Shown here in pieces: positions 11,355-20,656 of a stretch of 64,000 nt of DNA. A program made the position numbers and the translations under genes. This DNA is from an uncultured Desulfobacterales bacterium (GTDB taxonomy: Bacteria > Desulfobacterota > Desulfobacteria > Desulfobacterales > UBA11574): the NCBI GenBank assembly GCA_937998305.1, contig CALLDL010000120.1, positions 6,554-70,553 on the forward strand, written 5' to 3'. The number at the start of each line of letters is the position of its first letter. Within the stretch, counting starts at the first letter, position 1. The notes under the pieces are model-generated. The model was not told the DNA's origin. It did no database searches and saw nothing but the letters and a program-made list of their open reading frames with translations.

Positions 11355-12623
11355 TTACAGTATTTCGTCTTCAAAAATTGCGCCTTCTCCGAGTTCTTCT
11401 TCAATCCGCATGAGCTGGTTGTATTTCGATACACGATCGCTGCGGGACATAGAACCTGTTTTTATCTGGCCGCCGCTAACACCCACAACAAAATCTGAGA
11501 TAAAGGTATCTTCCGTTTCGCCGGATCTGTGAGAAATGACGGTGGTATATCCGGATTGCTTTGCCATCTCAATGGTATCGAGAGTCTCGGTGACCGTGCC
11601 GATCTGATTCAACTTTATCAGGATGGAATTGGCAATGCCTTCTTCGATCCCTTTTTTGAATATTTTGGGGTTGGTGACAAAGATATCATCGCCGACGATC
11701 TGGATGGATCCTTCCAAACGATCTGTCATCAAGGCCCAGCCTTTCCAATCCTGCTCTGCAAGACCATCTTCAATAGAGAGAATCGGATATTTATCAATTA
11801 AAGTCTGATAATAATCGATCAGCGCTTCGGCAGTCAGTTTTTTATTTTCTGATTGAAGAATATATTTTCCTTTTTTGTAAAATTCGCTGGCGGCTGAATC
11901 CAAAGCCAATCCAATATCACTTCCCGGCTTGTAACCGGCAGATTCGATGGCTCTAATGATAAACTGGATGGCTTCTTCATGAGACGCAAAATCCGGCGCA
12001 AAACCGCCCTCGTCCCCCACAGCGGTATTGAGACCCTTGTCTTTTAGTATCTTTTTCAGGCTGTGAAAGGTTTCTGCTCCCATCTGAACGGCCTGGGTGA
12101 TGGATTTTGCACCCAAGGGTACGATCATAAATTCTTGGATGTCAAGATTATTGGCGGCATGGGCACCACCGTTGATGACGTTCATCATGGGAAGGGGGAG
12201 CCGCCGGGCATTCATTCCTCCCAGATATTTGTAAAGGGGCAATCCATAAGCCTGTGCAGCGGCTCTGGTTGCTGCCATCGATACACTCAGGATTGCATTT
12301 GCTCCGAGTTTTGACTTATTGGCCGTACCATCCAGTTTGATCATAATGTTGTCTAACACGATTTGATCCGCTGCATCCATTCCTCGAACAGCGGGGAAAA
12401 TTTTATCCATTACATTTTTAACGGCCGTGGCAACACCTTTGCCCCCATATCGCTTTGATCGCTTGTTACGAAGCTCCAAGGCTTCACGTTTTCCTGTAGA
12501 AGCGCCGGATGGGACTGCAGCACGACCAACGGCACCACAGGAAACATAGACGTCGGATTCAATTGTAGGATTGCCTCTGGAATCGAGTATTTCCCTTGCT
12601 TTTATTTCAATTATTTCGGTCAT
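11355..12623 (-). CDS. eno: Enolase
   Basis: [37 protein letters not shown]; ATG 12623 follows a GGAGG RBS. Confidence 0.98.
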   Translation of the reverse strand: MTEIIEIKAREILDSRGNPTIESDVYVSCGAVGRAAVPSGASTGKREALELRNKRSKRYGGKGVATAVKNVMDKIFPAVRGMDAADQIVLDNIMIKLDGTANKSKLGANAILSVSMAATRAAAQAYGLPLYKYLGGMNARRLPLPMMNVINGGAHAANNLDIQEFMIVPLGAKSITQAVQMGAETFHSLKKILKDKGLNTAVGDEGGFAPDFASHEEAIQFIIRAIESAGYKPGSDIGLALDSAASEFYKKGKYILQSENKKLTAEALIDYYQTLIDKYPILSIEDGLAEQDWKGWALMTDRLEGSIQIVGDDIFVTNPKIFKKGIEEGIANSILIKLNQIGTVTETLDTIEMAKQSGYTTVISHRSGETEDTFISDFVVGVSGGQIKTGSMSRSDRVSKYNQLMRIEEELGEGAIFEDEIL

Positions 12624-12858
12624 GCTTCCCTCCTGTAAATGTTTCACCTAATCCGAGTGTTTCAAATTGTGACATGATAAGCTGGGTTTGTGATTGCCCG
12701 AAATTGTACGCAACGTCCTGCCATGCATATGTATTTTTGCAACTTGACAATTTGGGAATAAATGTTACTCTCCTAATAATTTAATGTCAAGAAGCGGAAA
12801 TACGATATCTTTTTTAATTTTCAATAATAAATGGCCTGTTCCATTGGGTTGAACCACC

Positions 12859-13281
12859 ATGCAACATCCTGATTTATATTCCAACGCTCATCTTGTGATT
12901 GCAGCCATAAGGATATTCACCCACAAGAATTCAAAACATCCTTCTATGAATGAGATTTGCAAAACCCTATCTTTTTCTTTGGAACAAGGCAATCTAATCT
13001 GTAAAAAGCTAAAAGATTTAGGGATAATTGACGTGGTCGAAGGTGCCTTTGAAAATCATCTTTTTATCAAAAACCATTTGAAAATAGAAGAAATCCCCAG
13101 GGACAAAAAGGAAGATAGGCTAGAGGATGCGCTTAAAAAATTTAAAGATTCAAAAAAAGATTTTTCGAAAAAAATAGAATCTTTTCAGGCCAAACAGGCA
13201 GAAAAACAAAAAGCCCTTTTTGCTGAACTGGAAGAAAAGCTGAAAAAAGATTCAGATAAAACCAAATCCTCACCTGAATAA
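12859..13281 (+). CDS. Hypothetical protein, winged-helix-like N-terminus plus coiled-coil C-terminus
   Basis: 140-aa ORF; PSMNEICKTL..LICKKLKDLGII pattern and a charged helical tail. Confidence 0.65.
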   Translation: MQHPDLYSNAHLVIAAIRIFTHKNSKHPSMNEICKTLSFSLEQGNLICKKLKDLGIIDVVEGAFENHLFIKNHLKIEEIPRDKKEDRLEDALKKFKDSKKDFSKKIESFQAKQAEKQKALFAELEEKLKKDSDKTKSSPE

Positions 13282-13648
13282 ACACTGGATTCGTATTCGA
13301 AATGTGAATCGAGTCGTCAGGCATTAACTTCACACTTATAACCTCCAGCCCCAGAATTTGAGAAATGTCGCAAAATCCCACATATCCGACGCTTCCCGAT
13401 TCCAGGGTTTAAGGCTGGTATAAAAGGGATTGTCGGTTTCTTTACTATCCGCATAGATCTTGTCGATTCCCACAAAAAAATCAAGACTCCATAGATTCAA
13501 AGCAAAAGCTGCTTCATGTTTTATCGGAACGAATGAGAATCAAGAACATTTTTTGATAGACTCTTTGGGGCTATCTTGATATCGATATGCGCTACCCTAT
13601 AATTTTAAAATTGTGTTTTTATATACTTAAGGAAAGGATTTTTATAAA

Positions 13649-14488
13649 ATGAGAAATGTAATCCTGACAATCGGAATGATGTTGTGTATATTAACGGCCG
13701 GTATTGGATGGACCGGTGAAAAAAAACAAACGGAAAATCCTGTGTATGTCATCCAAACAACTCTCGGAGACATTGAAGTGGAACTGTTTCAGAGCGAAAC
13801 CTCAAAAACCGTCGCCAATTTTATCGGTCTGGCTGAAGGCACCAAGGAATTTGAGGATAGCAAGACCGGAAAAAAGGTTAAACGGCCCTATTACAACGGC
13901 CTGATTTTTCACCGGGTTATCCAGAAATTCATGATCCAGGGCGGATGTCCTCTGGGTAATGGTCAGGGTGGGCCGGGCTATACTTTTGCCGATGAAATCG
14001 ATGCCACAGCACTAGGTCTCGGTAAAATAAAAGCGTTCGATTCCCAAAAGGGCCCCCATCGTTACTTGATGATCCGCAGACAGGAGGACTTTCAGCAAAA
14101 CATTCTGGTGCCTTTGTTTCGAGCGATGAAAATCAACTCGCAAGAAGAGCTCGATCAAAGAAAAAAAGAATTTGAGACCAGGCTCGATAAGTTGACGATC
14201 AAGGAGGCTTACGAAAATATGGGTTATGTCTATTCCGAAGACGGATCAGAGCATCCGCCTGTTCGCGGTTCACTGGCTATGGCCAATGCAGGTCCCAATA
14301 CCAATGGGTCACAATTTTTTATTAATCTGGTGGATACGGACTGGTTGACCGGCAAACACACCGTTTTTGGAAAAGTGGTAAAGGGAATGGATGTGGTGGA
14401 TAAGATCGGAGCGGTCAAAGTCGATTCGAGGCAAAAACCGGTTAAGGATGTGAAAATTATTTCCATTTACCGAAAAACATCTTCATAA
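13649..14488 (+). CDS. Exported cyclophilin-type peptidyl-prolyl isomerase with a large internal insertion
   Basis: [39 protein letters not shown]; signal peptide. Confidence 0.92.
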   Translation: MRNVILTIGMMLCILTAGIGWTGEKKQTENPVYVIQTTLGDIEVELFQSETSKTVANFIGLAEGTKEFEDSKTGKKVKRPYYNGLIFHRVIQKFMIQGGCPLGNGQGGPGYTFADEIDATALGLGKIKAFDSQKGPHRYLMIRRQEDFQQNILVPLFRAMKINSQEELDQRKKEFETRLDKLTIKEAYENMGYVYSEDGSEHPPVRGSLAMANAGPNTNGSQFFINLVDTDWLTGKHTVFGKVVKGMDVVDKIGAVKVDSRQKPVKDVKIISIYRKTSS

Positions 14489-14592
14489 TGTATGATTTTT
14501 TGTAGCCTAATTTTTTATTATGGTCGTTAAGTCACGAGAAAAAACGATATATTGCCTTTGGTGCGGGGCTTGTTCGGATTTGGAGAATTAAA

Positions 14593-15714
14593 ATGGGGTT
14601 TTGTCTTATGGAGGGAAATGAAGCAATAGCCTGGGGGGCGATTGATTCAGGATGCCGTTTTTTTGCAGGGTATCCCATCACTCCGGCAACAACCATATTT
14701 AATACCATGCTTAAGCTTTTGCCACCTCTGGGAGGCATCTGCCTTCAGGGTGAAGATGAAATCGCTTCCATCGGCTACTGTTTAGGGGCGTCCATGGGGG
14801 GCTTGAAGGCCATGACCGCCACATCAGGACCGGGAATAAGCTTGTATAGTGAGCATATTTCTTTTGCCATTGGAAGCGAGATTCCCATTGTCATTGTGGA
14901 TGTCCAACGGCTTGGGCCGTCTACCGGCTCGGCCACCCGGGGTGCTGACGGTGATATTCAATTTTTGCGCTGGGGCAACAGCGGAGGATTGCCTGTTATT
15001 GTACTGGCCCCTGTGGATGTTAGCGACTGCTATTTGCTGACCATTAAAGCCTTTAATCTTGCTGAAGAATTTAGGTGTCCGGTATTTATTGCCTCCAACA
15101 AAGAGATCGCCATGACCCGTGAAAATCTGAACATGGATGCCGTTGATGTGCCCAAAATTATAGAACGTATATCCCCACCGACCGGAAAGCCGTTTATTCC
15201 TTTTGAAGTGCCTTTAGAAAGTAGGATTCCTTACTTTTTACCTATCGGCGGTGATGTGATCGTTCGTCAGACCTCTTCGACGCACGGGGCCGACGGCTAC
15301 ATAACCACCGATTCCGATGAAATTGCCCGGGTTCAGGACAGACTCAAAACCAAGCTGACCTCTAAAGTTAAAAGGTTCAGTTTTCACGAATCTTTTCTGG
15401 AAAAAGATGCGGACACACTTCTTTTGACATATGGGATTACCGCCCGGGCTGCCCGTGATGTATACCAAGTGTGTAAAAGCTCGGAAAGTCCCATTTCGCT
15501 CCTTATTCTCAAAACCCTCTGGCCGGTGCCTGAAGAATTAATTAAGGAAAAAGCAAAGCATGTTCAGCGGGTTGTTGTGGTGGAGATGAATCTCGGACAG
15601 TATGTTCGAGAAATAGAGCGGATTCTGCCAGATAAAACCATCGATTTTTTGGGCCAAATGGACGGACGTCTGATATCCCCGAACCAAATATTGGAGGCTT
15701 TGGCTCATGGGTAG
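14593..15714 (+). CDS. 2-oxoacid:ferredoxin oxidoreductase alpha subunit
   Basis: EGNEAIAWGA, AGYPITPAT, EDEIAS, TATSGPG, VVVEMNLGQ. Confidence 0.92.
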   Translation: MGFCLMEGNEAIAWGAIDSGCRFFAGYPITPATTIFNTMLKLLPPLGGICLQGEDEIASIGYCLGASMGGLKAMTATSGPGISLYSEHISFAIGSEIPIVIVDVQRLGPSTGSATRGADGDIQFLRWGNSGGLPVIVLAPVDVSDCYLLTIKAFNLAEEFRCPVFIASNKEIAMTRENLNMDAVDVPKIIERISPPTGKPFIPFEVPLESRIPYFLPIGGDVIVRQTSSTHGADGYITTDSDEIARVQDRLKTKLTSKVKRFSFHESFLEKDADTLLLTYGITARAARDVYQVCKSSESPISLLILKTLWPVPEELIKEKAKHVQRVVVVEMNLGQYVREIERILPDKTIDFLGQMDGRLISPNQILEALAHG

Positions 15715-17002
15715 TTTGTTAAACAAAAGCAGGCCGCCGGTTTTCTGTCCGGGGTGTTCTCATGACCGGATAACCCAAACCCTCGATCGAGCTTTTCTGA
15801 ACATGGGACTGAGAGGAGAAGAGATTGTTATTGTCTCCGACATTGGATGTTCAGGACTTTTTGACACCTTTTTTAACACCCATGCATTTCATGGCCTTCA
15901 CGGCAGGGCGCTGACCTATGCCACTGGTTTGAAAATGGCCCAACCCAATCTTCATGTCATCGTAACCATGGGAGACGGAGGTCTGGGTATCGGCGGTGCC
16001 CATGTCCTTTCTGCATGTCGTCGCAATCTTGATTTGACACTTTTGGTATTGAACAACTTCAATTTTGGGATGACCGGCGGACAGTTTTCGGCAACCACCC
16101 CATCGACCGCCCAGGTGGGGTCCGGTTTTTTAAACCGCTTGGAGCTTCCTTTTGATGTATGCCGGGTCGCAGCATCGGCAGGGGCTGCCTATGTCAGACG
16201 CTGTTCCGGGTTTACAAAAAATCTTTGGAAAGAGATAGAAAATGCCGTTCGTTTTGACGGTTTTTCTGTCCTTGATATCTGGGGAATATGCCCGGGGCGC
16301 TACACCAAACGCAACAAACTCACACCACAGATCATTGAAGAATCCCTCGCCAAAATGCCGCCGATCAAAAATCCGGTGCCTGAAAACCAAAGAGAAGAAT
16401 ATGGGCGCCACTACAGAAACCTGGCTGCCGGACAAAAACAGGTTTCACCGCCTAAGAAAATGACGGCGCAATTCGACCCTATTGAACGAAAAAGAATGGA
16501 TGTGGTTATTCTGGGTAGCGCCGGTCAGCGGATCATCACCGCCGGTGAAATCTTGTGCCTGGCAGGGCTTACAGCCGGGTTTCAAACCACTCAGAAAAAT
16601 GAGTACAATATCACCGTTCTTAGGGGGCCTTCCATAACGGAGGTGATTCTGTCTCCACAAGCAATCGGTTACACGGGCATCGAACGACCGGATGTTATTC
16701 TGGCGTTAAGTCAGGAAGGGGTGGATCACCGGATAGGTCTTTTTGATTCGCTGGATAATTCGGTCCTGGTCCTCCAGGCCCCTGGGGTTTCCATTCCATC
16801 CTGTAAAGCCGAAATTCTTCAACCAAACTTTAAATCACAAAAAATCAAATCCACTGACTGGGCCCTGGCCGCCTTAATCGTCCTTGCCAAAATAAAAAGG
16901 GTCATTCATCTTGAGATGCTTAAAACTGCCCTTAAATACAAATTCAGGAATAAAATTATGAATTCTTCGCTTGATCTTATTGAACGAGTTAGGGCAGACT
17001 AA
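15707..17002 (+). CDS. 2-oxoacid:ferredoxin oxidoreductase beta-gamma fusion
   Basis: FCPGC, SDIGCSG, GDG..NN TPP motif; C-terminal GSAGQRIITAG gamma-like domain. Confidence 0.88.
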   Translation: MGSLLNKSRPPVFCPGCSHDRITQTLDRAFLNMGLRGEEIVIVSDIGCSGLFDTFFNTHAFHGLHGRALTYATGLKMAQPNLHVIVTMGDGGLGIGGAHVLSACRRNLDLTLLVLNNFNFGMTGGQFSATTPSTAQVGSGFLNRLELPFDVCRVAASAGAAYVRRCSGFTKNLWKEIENAVRFDGFSVLDIWGICPGRYTKRNKLTPQIIEESLAKMPPIKNPVPENQREEYGRHYRNLAAGQKQVSPPKKMTAQFDPIERKRMDVVILGSAGQRIITAGEILCLAGLTAGFQTTQKNEYNITVLRGPSITEVILSPQAIGYTGIERPDVILALSQEGVDHRIGLFDSLDNSVLVLQAPGVSIPSCKAEILQPNFKSQKIKSTDWALAALIVLAKIKRVIHLEMLKTALKYKFRNKIMNSSLDLIERVRAD

Positions 17003-17508
17003 ATTTTTGTAGGATAACGAAAAATTGATCATGGGCATTATGTGAACTTTTTTATAGAGCACATTATTCCATCCTGTTTTATTCAATAACTTCCCCTATT
17101 TTAACTGTTACCCAAATTACATGTTGTGTAATAAATGTAATAACAATTATGGTGTTTGCTTCATAATTTGTTGTGATATTTTTTTGAAGTTAAAGTAACT
17201 ACTTGAAATTTAAAGGAGCAAATTAATTGTTTGATTTTGCATGATTTTTGCATGTCCTATAGAGATATAGTCAGTATAAAAAAACTTAACTTCAACCTTT
17301 TTGCTGCATTCGATTCTTGGCGAGTTCCTTTTAAACTTCACTGAGAAACCCTTAAAATATAGCATGTGTTGCTTTCAACAAAATAATTATTCTTTGTTAG
17401 AAGCTTAAAAAATATTCGGTTATCCATTTATCCAAAGTAACACGGATGATCTTTTAAACGTTCACCGTGAATCGTTCTTAATATATCTGCTTTGTTTGGA
17501 AAAGTATT

Positions 17509-17697
17509 ATGAAAAAAAACTTCGTCGCCTCGGTGCTTTTAATTATATATATATTCGGGTTTATAATTATCTCGACAGTTTTTGCTGATAATGGGGTAAT
17601 TGACTCAATCTCCGTTCCAGAGCCTGCCTCCTTGTTCCTAATGGGAGTTGGTTTGGTTGGTCTTGCAGGGTTTGGACGCAAAAAATTTAAAAAATAG
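17509..17697 (+). CDS. Minimal PEP-CTERM sorting-domain protein
   Basis: Signal peptide (..STVFA), about 9 residues, then VPEPASLFLMGVGLVGLAGFGRKKFKK. Confidence 0.85.
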   Translation: MKKNFVASVLLIIYIFGFIIISTVFADNGVIDSISVPEPASLFLMGVGLVGLAGFGRKKFKK

Positions 17698-17703
17698 CTT
17701 ACT

Positions 17704-17853
17704 TTGAATACTCCATTGACTAATAATAACGATAGGCGTTCGGGTGTTGATAGACGTCAATTTTCATATTATGCACATATTCCAGAACGAAGGTCTGGTA
17801 AAGAAAGGAGAATTAAGTTCGATAGAAGACTAAAACTGAGCAAATCAAAATAA
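17704..17853 (+). CDS. 49-aa Arg-rich peptide with DRR/ERR repeats (not in ORF track)
   Basis: TTG start; LNTPLTNNNDRRSGVDRRQFSYYAHIPERRSGKERRIKFDRRLKLSKSK; TAA at 17851-17853; same frame as the PEP-CTERM gene. Confidence 0.65.
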   Translation: MNTPLTNNNDRRSGVDRRQFSYYAHIPERRSGKERRIKFDRRLKLSKSK

Positions 17854-17871
17854 TAAAAAGGACTTCAAACC

Positions 17872-17901
17872 GGCAGGGTCAATTATGACGCTGCCTTTTT
17901 T
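17872..17901 (+). terminator. Rho-independent terminator
   Basis: GGCAGGGTCA-ATTA-TGACGCTGCC followed by TTTTTT. Confidence 0.6.
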
Positions 17902-18066
17902 CAAGCCACCTCAAAAATACATCTAACGCCCAATTACAGCGTTGCGAGTCTCTTCAAAATGCTCACTACTCCCATGTATGCTCCGCTTTTTCATATGTTA
18001 CACGTTGACGCCTACGGCGTCTCGCGCCTTGTCCTTGAACGTAATTTGCATTTTTGAGATGGCTTG
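17902..18066. mobile_element. MITE-like palindromic element
   Basis: Terminal inverted repeats CAAGCCACCTCAAAAAT / ATTTTTGAGATGGCTTG (1 mismatch); internal GACGCCTACGGCGTC hairpin; non-coding. Confidence 0.6.
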
Positions 18067-18117
18067 TCGTTTTTAGGGACTTATCACCAGAAAAACAAAT
18101 CCGTTCAATGATTGTAT

Positions 18118-18963
18118 ATGCTTAAAAACACATTTCTCCATATTCCGGGAATCGGAATCAAAACAGAAAAACGATTATGGAAATCCGGAATTTACAACTG
18201 GGATTTTTTTTTAAACAATCGGAAAACGGATATACCGCCAAAGAAACTCGACACCAGGTCCGAATGTTTAAAAGAATCAATAAATCAAATGGCGTCTTTG
18301 AATCCAAACTACTTTGCCGAACTGATACCTGCAAGTCATCACTGGCGCTTTTTCCCGGAATTTCGAAATGCCACCGTCTATCTGGACATTGAAACCACAG
18401 GATTGAATCGTTATTATGAAACCATTACCACCATTTCACTCTATGATGGCAAATCGATTTTCTATTATGTCAAAGATCAAAATCTGGACGACTTTCCTGA
18501 GGATATAAAACAATACAAAGTCATTGTAACTTATAACGGAAAAAGTTTTGATGTTCCGTTTATTGAAAGGTATTTTAGCATTCAGTTGAACCAAGCGCAC
18601 ATTGACTTGAGATATATTCTGGCGAGTTTGGGGTATAAAGGGGGTCTGAAATTTTGTGAAACCCGGTTGGGATTCAACCGGGGAAATTTAACGGATATTG
18701 ATGGATTTTTCGCAGTCCTGCTTTGGTATGACTATTTGAAAAACCGGAATGAAAAGGCATTGGAAACTTTGTTGGCTTATAATATTCAAGATGTCCTGAC
18801 CCTTGAGATGTTGATGGTGATTTCCTACAATTTAAAAATCAAGGACACCCCGTTTTACCGAAACAGTTTACCGGAGCCGATTTTACCGAAATCACCCTTT
18901 CGTGTGGATATGGAAACGGTGGAGAGGATCCGATCCGAGCAAATCTATTTCGGGTTTGCTTGA
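18118..18963 (+). CDS. YprB-like RNase H-fold exonuclease with N-terminal helix-hairpin-helix
   Basis: FLHIPGIGIKTE, YLDIETTG, VTYNGKSFDVPF, HIDL, YNIQDV. Confidence 0.85.
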   Translation: MLKNTFLHIPGIGIKTEKRLWKSGIYNWDFFLNNRKTDIPPKKLDTRSECLKESINQMASLNPNYFAELIPASHHWRFFPEFRNATVYLDIETTGLNRYYETITTISLYDGKSIFYYVKDQNLDDFPEDIKQYKVIVTYNGKSFDVPFIERYFSIQLNQAHIDLRYILASLGYKGGLKFCETRLGFNRGNLTDIDGFFAVLLWYDYLKNRNEKALETLLAYNIQDVLTLEMLMVISYNLKIKDTPFYRNSLPEPILPKSPFRVDMETVERIRSEQIYFGFA

Positions 18964-19082
18964 ATCTGAAAAAATATGGCGCTGGTCCTTCGAGGATAAC
19001 ATCAGAAAAAAACACAATTATTAAATAAGCTTACATAAACCTAAAATTTTTCCACCTTGACACTATCCCTCCATTTATTTAT

Positions 19083-19107
19083 ACCTAAGCTGAGCGTTTC
19101 AAATTTT
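19083..19107. repeat. Solo end of the ACCTAAGCTGAGCGTTTCAAATTTT repeat family
   Basis: 25 bp identical to 63544-63568. Confidence 0.7.
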
Positions 19108-19210
19108 AAAAGGGGATAAAATATCTTTTATTTTTAATGAATTATCTTTATTTATATTTATTGTTTTTATCTCAAATATAATGCCATTTATTGGTTAGGA
19201 TCATTTGCCC

Positions 19211-20656
19211 ATGCCTTTAAAAAACACAAAAGAATTTATCAAAAAACTTGAATCCGAGGGCGAACTGAAAAGGATCTCTGCAGAAGTGGATCCTGTATTG
19301 GAAGTGACTGAAATTGCCGATCGGATAAGTAAAAACCATGGCCCGGCACTGCTTTTTGAAAATATCAAAGGTTCTTCGTTTCCGCTGATAATTAATGCCT
19401 TCGGCAGTTTTCGACGAATGGAGATGGCACTGGGATGCGATTCCTTTGACGATATCGGCCGACGCATCGAATCACTCATAAAAATGAAACCCCCCGGCAG
19501 TTTCACCCAAAAAATTAAAATGCTCCTTGATCTCAAAGCACTGTCGGGGGTTACACCGAAGAAAGTGAAACGGGCGCCATGCCAGCAGCAGGTCTATGAC
19601 CTAAAAGGCCCCCTATTGGAAGTGCTTCCCATACTCACCTGCTGGCCTAAAGATGGCGGCCCGTTTATCACGCTTCCCATTGTCATCACCAAAGATCCGG
19701 ATACGGGCATTCAGAATTTGGGCATGTACCGCATGCACAAATATGATCATGCGACCACCGGCATGCACTGGCAGTACAATAAGGACGGCAACCGCCACTT
19801 TGACAAATACAAATCGAGGGAAAAGCGCATGGAGGTGGCGGTGGCCCTTGGTGGATCACCTCTGGTGACATATTCGGCAACAGCGCCATTGCCCCCTGAT
19901 ATGGACGAGTTGTTACTGGCCGGTTTTATCGGATCAAAACCCATAGAAATCACCCGGGGCAAAACCATTGACATCTTTGTTCCGGCAGAATCCGATTTTG
20001 TCATTGAAGGATATGTGGATCCGAACGAGGATCGTATCGAAGGCCCTTTTGGAGATCATACCGGATTCTATTCTCCTGCGGACCGTTATCCGGTATTCCA
20101 TGTCACCTGCATAACTTGCAGAAATGACGCTGTTTATCCGGCGACCATCGTGGGAAAGCCCCCCATGGAAGACTGCTACATGGCCAAGGCTACGGAAAGG
20201 ATTTTTCTGCCGGCAATAAAAATGATCATTCCGGAAATCGTGGATATGGAACTCCCCATGGAGGGTGTATTTCACAACTGTGCCCTGATCGCCATTGACA
20301 AGAAATTTCCCGGTCAGGCCAAGAAGGTTATCAGCGCCCTCTGGGGGCTAGGACAGATGGCTTCCACTAAATATATTGCAGTATTTGACAAAGATATCGA
20401 TTTGCGAGATTCACGGACAGTGGTCTGGAAGCTTTTAAACAATGTCGATCCAAAAAGGGATTTATTATTATCGGAAGGCCCCCTGGATGCACTGGACCAT
20501 TCAGCACCGTATCCGAATTTTGGCGGAAAAATGGGAATAGATGCCACGCGGAAAACCCGTGAAGAAGGCATGGGAAGAGAATGGCCCGATGAGATCAACA
20601 TGTCTGAAGAGATCATAGAAAAAGTTAACAGCCGCTGGAAAGAATATGGATTTTAA
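19211..20656 (+). CDS. mqnL: UbiD-family menaquinone biosynthesis decarboxylase
   Basis: QNLGMYRM, EGPFGDHTGFY, GKPPMED, DALDHS..GGKMGIDAT; first gene of the mqn operon. Confidence 0.9.
   Translation: MPLKNTKEFIKKLESEGELKRISAEVDPVLEVTEIADRISKNHGPALLFENIKGSSFPLIINAFGSFRRMEMALGCDSFDDIGRRIESLIKMKPPGSFTQKIKMLLDLKALSGVTPKKVKRAPCQQQVYDLKGPLLEVLPILTCWPKDGGPFITLPIVITKDPDTGIQNLGMYRMHKYDHATTGMHWQYNKDGNRHFDKYKSREKRMEVAVALGGSPLVTYSATAPLPPDMDELLLAGFIGSKPIEITRGKTIDIFVPAESDFVIEGYVDPNEDRIEGPFGDHTGFYSPADRYPVFHVTCITCRNDAVYPATIVGKPPMEDCYMAKATERIFLPAIKMIIPEIVDMELPMEGVFHNCALIAIDKKFPGQAKKVISALWGLGQMASTKYIAVFDKDIDLRDSRTVVWKLLNNVDPKRDLLLSEGPLDALDHSAPYPNFGGKMGIDATRKTREEGMGREWPDEINMSEEIIEKVNSRWKEYGF

Noticed and set aside
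12704-12726. Sigma-54-like TGGCAGGACGTTGC upstream of eno
   Set aside because: GG-to-GC spacing is 9 rather than the required 10.
17100-17255. Sigma-54 promoter (TTGCATGATTTTTGCA) and TGT-N10-ACA enhancer for the PEP-CTERM gene
   Set aside because: The invariant -24 GG is TG and the region is very AT-rich, so chance matches are likely; at best a decayed promoter.
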